Part shown: one piece after another, positions 13,913 through 26,333 of the stretch
Numbering within the stretch: position 1 is the first letter of the stretch
Layout of the letters: each line of letters begins with the position of its first letter
Assembly: GCA_964016885.1 (NCBI GenBank)
Contig: OZ024741.1
Coordinates: forward strand, 206,460,001-206,524,000
DNA: 64,000 nucleotides
Source: Eledone cirrhosa
Lineage: Eukaryota
Reading direction: 5' to 3'
Program-made: the position numbers and the translations under genes
The notes under the pieces: model-generated
Seen by the model: only the letters and a program-made list of their open reading frames with translations
Database searches by the model: none
What the model was told of the DNA's origin: nothing

Positions 13913-15249
13913 ACATGACATATAGCATCAGATTCAGACATTTTATGTTTGTCTTTTTTCTATTCAGTTAAAGGTTAGGTATTTCACTAAAATTCGCATA
14001 ATTCTTGATTATTTTGATAAAAATATGGTCATTAGTGGTTAAGGGAAACAAGCATATGTTACAAGTATTGTTGAAATTAATGATTTTGCTATTGTTGTTT
14101 TTGTTGTTTATACTAAGTGAACTCTAGTTGAACAGGTTTTTTTTAAAGGTGGTGCAGTTGTGACGGTCTATTCTTTGTTGCAGGCATAATGAGTTTTACT
14201 GTATCTTACCCCGTATGTTTTTCCATATTATACAATACCAACGGGTAAGGTGGAAGGATATATTGCATAAGGTCTGTCTGATGAATTGCCTGAACAGATG
14301 GTATGGTCACGACTAGAACGCCTTTGATAATAGCTATTACAGAACGTTTTTGATCATAGTTAATACAGAACGCTTTTGATCGTAGCTAGAAAAACAACTA
14401 GCCTGGTGCTGAACTATAACAACAACAATCGCATCAATAACATTACCAACAACTAATAACAACATTTAAGCAAAGCTTCCGTGAGGGGCTAGCATCAGGA
14501 AATTAGCATCGTGTATATGACTAACTTTACAAACGTGTCAAACATATAACGTATGGATGTAGCAGGATGTCACAATCAATAAATCTATCAAAATACAACG
14601 GGGAATATGTGACACGGGAAAGTTAGTATTTGATTTGATGCAGAATTGATGCAACAGAAAGACAGGAAATTTAAAAGTATTTCAACTTAGTCAGAACATT
14701 CTGGGAAGACTTATGAGAAGAAAACGACATTTTTAAAATAATTAGATCAGTTATAATAAACCCAAAACAGCTATATTGAGAAGTAAGGTAATGCAAATGT
14801 AGATACAGCGTAGATATATACTACCCAAGATTTGTACTCCAAATCCCTGAGAATTGAGTAGACTTGTAGTAAATTTCAAAACCTAAGTAAGTTACGGGTA
14901 TTACTAAATGGAAATGATATGTACGATAAGAGAATAGAAACATAAAAGTGCCAACGATAAAAGGATGGGTTTCAATTTGATTGTTTTCAAAACATTAAAT
15001 AAATATATCGCAGAATATTGCACAGAATACAAATGAAATCCTCATAATTTACATACCATTTATTCTACAAAATTATCCTCGATACAATAAGTCAACTTAA
15101 TCTACGTATCTCTTGCATTACATATTCTACACACACGTACATGCATATCATATTATATGATATATATATATGTACATGTATATATATGTGCATATATATG
15201 TATGTATATATATATGTTTAATTAGCGACGCTTCAGTATGCAAGGTAGA

Positions 15250-16120
15250 GCACTCGACGAAGTGTGCCATGGAAAGCATCCAGCAAATAGCAAATTCCGT
15301 CCAGCAGAGTATTTAAGTTACCGTACCCAACCAAACACCCCAACAACAGACTAGCTGTACTAGGCACAGAACTCTGGTTAGAAACCATTAGTAATAAAAC
15401 ACAGATCCTCCATTCGCATTATGCCAAACACATGGCCTTCAAGTATCTGATTCTCTAAAACTCAGCCATTTCAGATAACATGAAAGACCGAATGGATGAA
15501 CATTATAAAAGATGATACGAATGGATGAACATTATAAAAGATGATACGAATGAGATTTGCTTCATGTATAGGATAGAGAACTAAGAAGACAAATACGATC
15601 GGCCCATGGTATGCCAGTAACAAATATCAGAGTTCATCAATGCAACCTTCAGAGGGGAAATAGCTTACAGATTTGGCGGAGCCCTTATTAAGGTAGTAGA
15701 AAAAACAAGCATTCCTATAAAAGCCCTGAAAAGTAGAATGTTCCCTTTTGAGAAAACCCCCTGCACTGATAGAAAATGTATAGTCTGTATATTAAGTCGA
15801 CAAATTAACTGTAAATTAGTATAAAGCAGAAGATGTACGGAGGGACAATGTAGGAATAAGAACACAACTTACATAGGTGATACAACCGTAGCATAGGAGA
15901 ATGAAAAAAAAAAAAGAATATTGGCAAGAAATTCAAGATGAGAAAAACTCATGACTACTCCACCAACATGCCAAAATGGAACATGGGGGCGCACTAGAAA
16001 ACATCGAGATAAATATTATATCTACACACAAAATAGGCGCAATGCTCCGACAGATTACAGAAGCGACAAATATAAATGAACTCCAACCAAACTAAACTAA
16101 GAGCATGAGTGGAATAACAA
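15250..16120 (+). mobile_element. Penelope-like element remnant (C-terminal GIY-YIG region, Naiad-like)
   Basis: Fragmented frames read FPFEKTPCTDRKCIVC, C-x4-C...TYIGDT and RQITEA...ELQP..EW, consistent with a Cys-rich linker plus GIY-YIG endonuclease. Many stops and frameshifts. Confidence 0.6.
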
Positions 16121-17161
16121 CAACCTCACAACATAGTAACTAAGGACAAGATAAAGAAAGACATACAGAAACACGCAAGAACTAAACGAATAAAACAAAC
16201 CAGGCACACTCAGATAGAACAACTAACCAACTGGTGACAAGTAGGTAGGCGAGAAAATAAATAAATAAACAAATAAATATGTAAAAATATAGATAAATAC
16301 TCGCACAAAGAAACCCGGATATAACGCATGCGCAGCCCAAGTACAATGCTCACATAAACAAGATGGTGTAGGACAGAATATGTGCGTGTGTAATATGTGG
16401 TATGTATATATACATATACATACACACACACATCCATATTCTTGTAGAATGTAAACATACGAGAAAAGTGAAATGCATTAAACAAGTTGGTGATCTGATC
16501 TCAAAATCGAACGAACGATTCTATTGTTCACATATTTTGATGAGAGAAATATATTTAAAAAAAAAAGAAAGAAATATAACTGCAATCATAAGCCATATAT
16601 TCATAGATCAATATTATTTCTGACAGTTTTTCTAAGACAAATAATTTAATCAATGCCTGAAAGTTGGTTGCTATACCAAGGGAAATTGAAAATATAAAAT
16701 ATTCCAGCGATACGCATCGTATTGAAGATAAGATGCATCGATCACTTACATAGATATTATTGTTATTATTGTTGTTTTGTGTTCATCACTGTGTCTCCCC
16801 TGTTTTAGTAGATCTATAATGAATAACTTTCCAACCATGATCATCCCATTTTTCTCTATACAAGATTACATTGAGAAGTCAGCGGGGTGTTATTTGAGGG
16901 GAATTTCCTTGTTATTTCTTATATCAAGTGAAACAGAGGATTGGCGGAAGGGTTAGTATTAGCTAAAGGGTTAGTATTAGCTAAAATATAATCACCAAAG
17001 GGTTAGTATTAGCTAAAGGGTTAGTATTAGCTAAAATATAATTGATGGATTTTGACCACCAAAAGAAATCAAACGACAGACGTATTTTACTCGAATTAAA
17101 TAATTCTTAGGTAACATTTCAATACTGTTGATATTGATATTATTACTAAAATGTTCTATGA

Positions 17162-17236
17162 CTTACAAACGAATCGAACATTATTATTACTGCTCGATAT
17201 AACCCATACGTACATCTGTATATGTAGATATGTGTG

Positions 17237-17284
<48 letters not shown>

Positions 17285-17510
17285 TATTGGAATTTTATTT
17301 TTAATATTCAACAATGCCAGATATACAGTCCTGATGAAGGGTAATGACCCAGAAACATGTTGATTGTCCCTCAAAGCCAGGGTTGAACAAACAGGTGACG
17401 ATCGGTCACCAGCACGTCACAGATTCAAAATCGGGCCGGTTGTTTACAAACGAATCGAACATTATTAATGTTCGATATTACCCATACGTACATATGTATA
17501 TGTATGTATA

Positions 17511-17520
<10 letters not shown>
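17162..17520 (+). repeat. Hammerhead-containing ~280-bp unit with terminal redundancy (retrozyme-like)
   Basis: ttacaaacgaatcgaacattatta...cccatacgtacat occurs at 17162 and again at ~17444, with a hammerhead between them. Confidence 0.7.
17325..17367 (+). ncRNA. Minimal type I hammerhead ribozyme
   Basis: ACAGUC-CUGAUGA-a-GGGU aaug ACCC-a-GAAAC-AUGUU-GAUUGU. Stem I is 6 bp, stem II 4 bp, stem III is palindromic (ACAUGU) and the triplet is GUU. Confidence 0.8.
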
Positions 17521-17551
<31 letters not shown>

Positions 17552-17596
17552 AATAAAATAAATAAGTCAAATATTTAAAATTTGGCTTCGTTTATC

Positions 17597-17651
17597 ACTG
17601 CTATATATATTTCGTTGACAGCCATCTTTCGCTGTGACCTCTTCAGGCAGT
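17597..17651 (-). ncRNA. Type I hammerhead ribozyme (Penelope pseudo-LTR type)
   Basis: Minus strand ACUGC-CUGAAGA-ggucACAGC..GCUGUcaac-GAAA-UAUAUAUA-GCAGU. Stem I is a perfect 5 bp, stem III is palindromic and the triplet is AUA. Confidence 0.75.
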
Positions 17652-17857
17652 CCGAATTAGTGTGGTACACTGTTTTTGAGGTATTTAACTTTGTCAATAC
17701 TCTAATATGCCCAGTTCCTGGTTGGGTTGTTATTTCACTGAGGAACTGGAATCATATGAATTTCAACAAACGAATTTCAGCGTCAAAAGACATCCTCTCC
17801 TCCCATTGGTCAGTTGTGAGAACATTCCTCAGTCAAAAGTCTATAGAAATTCGTCTT

Positions 17858-17957
<100 letters not shown>

Positions 17958-18364
17958 CCTGTATATATATAAAGACGAAGTTTTCTGTATGTGCGTGTGA
18001 ACAATTTTTAATGAGGGCTCATATATTCTAAACCATTCATGCGGTTTCTTTGAAATTTTTTGCAGAGCTTCTCCTTGCAGAAAATCTGTACATGATCTAC
18101 AAAGGCTTTCAAAAATCGATAGTGGGGCCTTTGGAGACATTAGAAATATTTCGGTTCTTTGTGTCAATTTTCGTGATTAAGTAAGACAAGAGTTATCTTT
18201 CGTAATTCGGCTCATTCGGATTTTAATTTACTCCTTGTACTTGAAACAAAAGGTACGCTTCCTTGAGACTAACAATATCATTTTGTATATTTCACAACCA
18301 GCAATTTCTAACAGATTACTAAGTTAAGTTATAGATTTGACATTGTATAATTTATCGTTTCAAG

Positions 18365-18830
18365 CTTGAACTAGTTTCTAGCTTATTAGCTGTCATCAGC
18401 ACCGTATACCATCCTGTCAGTTGATTGAACGTTCCTTTGTCAGTGTTGAACAAAATGGCAACGATGGTTGCCGAACACTGTACGGCTAATAATTCGGGCT
18501 GTTTGTTTACAAACAAACTGAGCATTATAATAAATTTTCAGTAAACCCATACGTACATATATGTATGTGTGCATGTATGTATGATTATACATACTACTGT
18601 ACGTCTGTATACATATATGTATGTACGTATACAAACTTACATTTAAGTATCAGCCGTGCTAAGCGTGAGAAATGAAATTTCATTTTTTGCATTTATCGTT
18701 TTCGGTACGCCCGGCCGACTAACTCACTCAATATGCAAATTAGGCTCCTCAGCGGGTAATATGCATAAGGAAAGTATATACTTTCAAACGTTCAATCAAC
18801 TGACAGGAAGGTATGCGGTGCTGATGACAG
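18365..18830. repeat. Diverged member of the 53.8-55.0 kb hammerhead repeat family, with inverted ends
   Basis: Colinear with 54270-54765. It has a minus-strand hammerhead core at 18368-18405 (CUGAUGA c AGCU aaua AGCU a GAAAC UAGUU) and a truncated plus-strand CUGAUGA at 18821. 18391-18433 and 18787-18829 are inverted repeats. Confidence 0.75.
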
Positions 18831-19405
18831 GGATATTTATGCTAAATCTCCCTATGATTTGTTGTTTTTTTAAATTCCCGCAAAATATTATTTATAATGA
18901 ATGCCGCATACAGCATAATTGCGGGTGTGTACCTGACCGATGTAGACTAAGGTGCCTAGGGGAAATAAAGACGTCGAAGTGATGCCAGCCGTTCAAGATT
19001 ACAGCGCCTCTCCCACTACAGTAGTAATTCTGATACATGAAGAAATTTTGATTGACAGGTGGAGAACGAGAAGAATCAAAAAGTGGGCAACCATGAGTGG
19101 CTAGAAATACCGGTGACGTGTACAATTCTTGACCGCTCATGGAATGACAACAACAGGATCTAAATCAACAAACGAAGAAATTCGATGTTAAAGGACAATA
19201 GGAAAATCTGCTTCGTAGAATCGAGACATATCCGACGACCGGGCAATTTCAGAGTCAGGTTTGATCACCATATCGATCGTGCCCCGAGCTGGTCGCCCGA
19301 GAAACAATTGTAATATGGCCAATAAATTCCTTTCGTCACAACACTGAATCTCTTTTTCTGTGATATTTATACACACACACACTCACACACACATATATAT
19401 ATACT

Positions 19406-19721
19406 GTGTGAAATCCTTTTCTCGCTCACATTTCGCAGGGTTCGGACGCGTCCTTCTTCTTCTTTTCGTCATTGATTTGCTAGAACTTAAGTTCACATGT
19501 ATCATTGACTTGTTTTCTCATTTTCCTCTCTTTACGTTGCCTTACGAATTTGTTTGTTTACATGTCTCTCTTTCTCCACCCTATTATTTTTATCCCAATA
19601 ACTTATTTTAGTTATTGCTCGCACTGATTTTGAGGAATCTGATCTTTAATGCGAAGAAATACCGGTGATAGTCAGAAGATCACTGATGACGGATAGTCCT
19701 GGTTTCTTGCTCTATTTTTCA
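19406..19721. repeat. ~315-bp interspersed repeat (second copy 31968-32281), possible solo LTR
   Basis: Both copies begin TGTGTGAAATCCTTTT..CGCTCACATTTC and are clearly homologous to the end, where they finish at or near CA. Both are flanked by TA/CA microsatellite. Confidence 0.55.
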
Positions 19722-20685
19722 TTCATATATATATATTCGAAAGTAAGGTTTTGTTTTTAATATATCCCTCACGCGTAAAAATATTGGAAAAAGAAGTTGA
19801 AAATGTAGTTGGAGCCTTTAAGAAGGTTTATCTTCGATAATTTATAACATTTTTTTTTTAAAAAATAGATCATCTTATTTATTAGATGACTAAAGGACAA
19901 TGGGATTGATGAGTTAATATCTACAACGGTACGCGATGGGGCCCACCCAGAACCCCGGCGGACAGAATGGAGAAGGCGTTTCCTCGGAGGACGGCAAGGG
20001 AGACGCGCATCGGTTTCACAAGTTTCATGATTTTCAATAGTTAAGAGGGATGGAGAGATGCGTAGTCATGCCGACTTGTGTCTCCCATCAGATGCGAGTT
20101 ACAAGTAAACTTCTTTTTCCTATACATATACGCATACACGCACACACTCTCCCACTCCCCCTCTCTCTCTCACACACACACGCACAATCTCTCTCACTCT
20201 CTCTCTCTCTCACGCACATACACACACGCACACACACACGCATGCACGCTTACGCAATCTCTCTCTCACACAGACCATTGCACGCACACACAACCTCTTC
20301 CTCTTCCCCTCTCTCTCTAACACACACAGACGCATACATGCTTACGCAATCTCTCTCGCTCTCTCACAGTCATACACACACACATATATATATAGAGAGA
20401 GAAGAGGGAGATAGATAGAAAGATAGATAAATAGATGAATAGATCGAGAGATAGATATAGTTATCACATATATTGCTTAGTTACATAGATAGCAAATGAA
20501 ACAAATATTACATCTGATAATCTAAATGCCTTTTATATCAGTGTTTTGCGTGGTTTCCTCCATTTGTTTTATTTGCGAGCAGAATTGACCATTCACGTAT
20601 TTCCCTCACTCTTTCCCTTCCCACTCTTTGTCGTTCACTTTCTCTTGTGTAATTAATACTAACTCATTTCTGTCTATAACCCACC

Positions 20686-21050
<365 letters not shown>

Positions 21051-21339
21051 AAGGCAATACATATTATTATATTCCATCATGTAGTCATTTTTACTGTTAT
21101 AGACAATGTAAGTAATCATATATGAGATACGACTGATTCAGATAGGAGATAGATTACAGAGTGAAGTTTGTCTGACAGGAACAAACAACATTACTTACAA
21201 ATATTATTATTTCGTTGTATTACAAGTAATGCATTGAATGTAAATATTGGAATAGAGTTCTTCCTACCTGCTGCTCTGTTTACCTGGACTGTCCTTAATA
21301 TTTTTTATGTACTCTTGATTTTTATGCAATTGCTGTTTT

Positions 21340-22070
21340 CTTCTTCTTCTTCTTCTTCTTCTTCTTCTTCTTCTTCTTCTTCTTCTTCTTCTTCTTCTTC
21401 TTGGCATAGTCGTACCGACTAAGACCCCCACACCCGCCCTTCAGAGGGACATGTCAGAAGCTACAGTCGTCAGCTGATCTGGATAGATCTCCTAGTGAGA
21501 CCAGCCAAACTCATGGATGTTATCCAACTATCTTTCTGGCGGTCTATCCCTGGGTCTACAGCCAGCTGATTTTGCCCGTAAAATATGTCCAGCGTTTCTT
21601 TCTTGAGACATTTTAGTAACATGCCCGTAACATCGGAGCTTTTATTTCTCAAATTGGGGAAGTAGAGGCTCCACCTTGACTGACACCTTGGTCTCTGAGC
21701 TACGCACTCTGTCGAGTAACGTTACTCCAAAGACCCTCCGGAGGAACCCCATATCGGCCATTTGTATTCGCACTCGTATTTCATCGGTCATTACCCACGT
21801 TTCATGACCGTAGGTAAGGTTTGGCACGAGTACTGAATTGAAGATTGCGAGTTTGGCTTTCACTCCCACCGCCCTTCTTCAGTTAAATGAATTCTCGCAA
21901 TTAATTCATACTCCTGCTTTCCATCACTCCTTACCACAGCCCTGGGATACTTGAACTTTTCCACCTGCTTCAGTAGAACCCCATTCACATCTTGAGCGTA
22001 ATGCGCAGACTTCCTTGAGAGGATGAATGTCTCAGTTTTCGCAGGACTGATTTCCATTCCATTACTTAGC
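21340..22070 (-). mobile_element. RTE-clade LINE, 3' fragment with (GAA)n tail
   Basis: Minus-strand remnants read LKQVEKFKY..DG and KAKLAIFNSVLVPNLTYGHETW...MGFLRRVFGVTLLDRVRSS, which is RTE-type post-RT sequence. It ends in (GAA)n at 21340-21402. Confidence 0.8.
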
Positions 22071-22295
22071 TTTGATAAGTACCAAAAAGTACGAAACAGC
22101 TCTGTCAGCTTTAGCTCACCAGTTTGCTGAACATTTAAAGTAAGTGAGACTGTCACTACTCTAAAACAATAGCGTAAGTCTTTGAAATGCTTTTAATTAG
22201 GCATACAGTGTATTGCAAAATACACTATATATACATTCATATATATATATATATATAACTATTTCAGAGCACCAATTCTAATATATATATATATA

Positions 22296-22502
22296 ACGAA
22301 GGAAATGTGGTAAGGAACCAGATGGACCATAACGCACCAAAGTACTCAATACTTAGGGTAGTAGAGTGGGTGATAGGAACGAGTAGGACCCTGACGGCTG
22401 AGCTCAAGCCGTTTCGACGGCTAATTCTGGACCTTTTTTTTCTTAGTCTATAATTAGCCGTCGAAACGGCTTGAGCTCAGCCGTCGGGGTCCTACTCGTT
22501 CC

Positions 22503-22505
<3 letters not shown>
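22296..22505. repeat. Fold-back (hairpin) element in (TA)n; second copy 62078-62284
   Basis: A ~75-bp leader, then ~55-bp inverted arms (ataggaacgagtaggaccctgacggctgagctcaagccgtttcgacggctaatt and its complement) around a ~25-nt loop. Confidence 0.85.
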
Positions 22506-22561
<56 letters not shown>

Positions 22562-22599
22562 ATATATATATAATAAAAAACTTATAATAACCCTCCGAG

Positions 22600-25440
22600 T
22601 AACCCACCATTGCTACCCTTCGAAAACGATGTCTTGGAACTCATACGGAGTATCAAATTTCGGAATAGGAGCAATTCCTTCCAGCAGGACCTGAAGAATA
22701 GAATTCGTTCTATTAAGGATGCTAATGCCGTGCACGTCCACTCCGACAAACTGGCAATCTATATCAAGTGAAGCGCAGTACTTACCATCAACTGCTACAT
22801 AATGCTGTAACTAAGGATTACCGGTAAACTAATCGTAGTGTCATTAATGACATCAACAATGCTGGGTTTAAAATCACCTCTGAATTCAACATCCAGGACC
22901 TAACTGAACCTCTGGACCATATTTCTCCCCATTTTACCCTGAAGGATCACAAACCCAATTTCACCGACAACTCCTCTATTCGGCTTATTAACACTACGAA
23001 ATCAGATTTAGGTAGACTTTGTAAAAGTATTTTGGATAGAATTATACCTGAAATTAGAATCTTGGCCCCTCTTGCACTGTGGAACAATTCTTTCGCGGTG
23101 ATTGATTGGTTCAATGGCATATGCAACAAGGAACATTGCCGTTTTATCCAAATCGACATCAATACCTACTACTCCTCCATCACTTTACCGATTCTTCTTA
23201 GAGCTATCAATTGCACTAAAACGCTCACGGTGGGAAGGATTTGGAAGTTGATGTCACCCTCAATGCCCGTAAGTCGGTGATTAATTTCAACGATTCTATT
23301 TGGATTAAAAAATCTAATAGTACCCCATTCGACGTGAATAAGGGCGCCATCGATTCGGCGGAGGTTACTGGTCTTATCGGCATTTTCCTTCTTTTCTCTA
23401 TCAAGGAAGAATTTCCCAACGTGCGTGGTGGTTTGTACCGTGATGACAGTCTTTTGACCATGACAAAGTGCGGTCCACGCGCTAGCGACAGATTCAGAAA
23501 AGAACTCACAGCCTTCTTTAAAGGCTTCAACCTCTCCTTACAGGTTGAGGCCAACCTCTCGGTCGTTAATTACCTCGACATTACCATCAATTTGTCGAAT
23601 GGCTTGCACTACCCGTATAGAAAGTCGAATGATATGCTTAATTACATAAGTAAGCGCTCTAACCATCCTGCCAGCATAACCAAGAACCTGGTAAGAAACG
23701 CTTCTTTGGGGCTTTCACGTCTATCTACAAACGAGCATATTTTCACCGACCTTTCCACATATTACAATGAAGCTCTTGCTCGGAGTGAATTTGTCGATAA
23801 GGTAGCATATACTAAGTAGAACATAGACTAAGGAAAAATAGATCCCGACGCATTATATGGTAAACCCACCATATAATATGGAGGTGGCCACACCATTAGC
23901 TAAGATCTTTCTCTCCCTTATTAAGAAGCATTTCCCTTCAGCACATAAATATAATAAAATGTTTAATAGAAATACCATTAAACTATCTTACTCAACGACT
24001 CTTAACCTTGCACATAACATCACTGCTTCACATTTAGCTAAACTACCTAGCCGTAGGAATACGTGCAACCCTGTAGCTAGTACTAACTGTAATTTTAGGA
24101 ATCGGGTTGACTGCCATCTATCCGGGAAATGCCTCTCCAGTAACATTGTCTACAAATGTAAGATCGAAAAGCCCACGTCCCGTAGAGCTTATATAGGGTT
24201 AACCGCCAATAGACTCAAGCAGCGTCTTTACATGCACACCCATTCTTTTCTTAACCCTTTAAGAAGGAATATGACGTCACTTTCAGCTTATATCTAGAAT
24301 CTAAAAGACACCCAATATAGGTTACATTGGGAGATCCTAGCTAAAGCTAGATCGTATAACGGAAATAAAAGACTATGCGATCTTTGCGCAGCTGAAGTCC
24401 TGGAAATACTCTACGCAATGACACATCTTAAACAAATAATCTAAGGCAATTTCGGCTTGTAAACACAAATTGCATAACACTTTCCCGTATTACAGCCCCA
24501 CATTATACCCTAACGGATAGTACGAACAATACGCGGATAATATACGTCTTGATGTGGTAGTTAAGTATATTTATATTTATACCATTACTTGTTTGAATAG
24601 GTAAGTATACCTTGCCCGTATGGTTTGTGAAGGTACGTATACTTTCTCGTACGTATATTTGCTTGTATTTGTTATAGGTGTATATATTATATTATATATA
24701 CTGGTACATGTATATATGGTTATGTTTACATGTGTATTTTGTGTTTGGGTGTGTATGCGTGTTTGCACGTATGTAAAGTGTATATATGTGTACATTGTGT
24801 TTTGGTCGCCGTACGTTTGGTGAACATTTGTGTATTTACCTGTAAGTATGTGCGTGCGTGCCCTTACGTATTTATGTGTATATTTATATACGTTTATATA
24901 ATTATATGTATACACACATATATATATATATATATTTATGTGTATTTGGTGTATACGTTCGTATGTATGCGAGTACATGTGTCGCGCCACGGGTTGATGT
25001 ATGTGTGCGCTTGTTTATGTATACATGCATGTATTTTCATGCATGGCGGGTGTTTTCGTGTATGCACGTGTATGTACATATATGTGTATGTTTATATTTA
25101 ATTATTTTTTATTTTGTCATTTTCGTTCTGCTAATTTATTTACATTGTTCTTAACTCTAAAGCCGAGAATCATTCGGTTTCCTAAACAGAATATTAGCCT
25201 ACGACTTCAGTTATACCATAAACGTAGCTTTGTTCTCATCGCTCCACATAATGACGTAACTATCTTCGCCTTTTTCCGGTCATTGCCAGGGAACGTCTTC
25301 ACGTACCAAAGTATCGTCTTCCTGTCTCCCTTCGGTTGCAACGTTTTTCGAAATATTTACTTCTGCGTTCACAGATTGATTTTTTTAGTTTTAGAAGATC
25401 CCGTTAAGGGTGAAAGCAGCGATTCTTTGCTTAAACTTTA
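22600..25440 (+). mobile_element. Penelope-like element (Neptune-type RT + GIY-YIG), degenerate
   Basis: RT motifs DINTYYSSI, FDVNKGAIDSAEV, GLYRDD and VNYLDIT; Cys linker CNFRNRVDCHLSGKCL; IVYKC...AYIGLT..KQRL..H endonuclease; C-x2-C near 24380. The 3' non-coding tail has a decayed hammerhead-like motif at ~25392-25420. Confidence 0.85.
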
Positions 25441-25575
25441 ATCTGTTATTTTAATAAATATATATATAAATATAAATATATTTGTGTGTGTGTGTGTGTG
25501 TGATATCATGCTCTCTCTCCCTTCCCGTTCTACTATTTATTTTCTCCTCCTTCCCCTTCATTATTACGTTACCTA

Positions 25576-25776
25576 GGGCGGTGAATTGGTAGTATCGGTA
25601 GAAGGTTGGACGCCATGCTTTGACGCATAGTTACGTCCCTTTACAGTCTGAGTTCAAATCTCGCCGAGGTTAACTCTTCGTTTCATCCTTACGGAGCCGA
25701 TAAAATAAAGTACCAGTAATGTACTGGGTAATTGCTGGCCTTATGCCTAAAGTAGAAACAATTATTACGTTACCTA
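25576..25776 (+). mobile_element. tRNA-derived SINE with 15-bp target-site duplication
   Basis: Full head with B-box GAGTTCAAATC, central domain and tail. TTATTACGTTACCTA is duplicated at 25561-25575 and 25762-25776. Confidence 0.9.
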
Positions 25777-26302
25777 CGGGAGTTAAACAAAACAGAATAA
25801 AAGCAGTGACGAATTCTTCCTTTTGTTCACTTTTGGTAAGTAACGAAGCTTAAAATCTTTAACCTTAACTAACATACATATATGTATATTGCGGATAGAG
25901 TTCCACTGGGCTATGGAAATTAATACCATATACCCGTGAATAATTTCCCCGCCACGTCACGCATCAAAGTATTAATGTATATTATCTGGTTGATAAATAG
26001 ACTATCTAAAAGAAAAAAATGACAAGATTTCAGCAGAATACTTAAAATGTTTGAAACAGGTGTGGTATATCGCGTCGTAAAATATTGCTTTGACTTAAGG
26101 ATTTACTATGTTCTTCTACATAAATTTTCTTGTAGGAAACTGAATAAAGATATCGGCTCAGGCATTTCTAAAGACATATTTCTCGCAGGTCCTAAATTAT
26201 TACTTGGGAAAGAAGTAAAAATTTATGATCAATCTCCATTCCGCTATGTACAAAAAGAATGCAACGCACACACACACACACACACACACGCACGCACGCA
26301 CG

Positions 26303-26333
<31 letters not shown>

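Noticed and set aside
16968-17040. Short tandem AAGGGTTAGTATTAGCTA repeats as CRISPR or telomeric array
   Set aside because: Simple local duplication with no spacer series or cas genes, and not TTAGGG.
19682-19710. CTGATGA plus small hairpin (also 32240-32265)
   Set aside because: No GAAA after stem II, so not a complete hammerhead.
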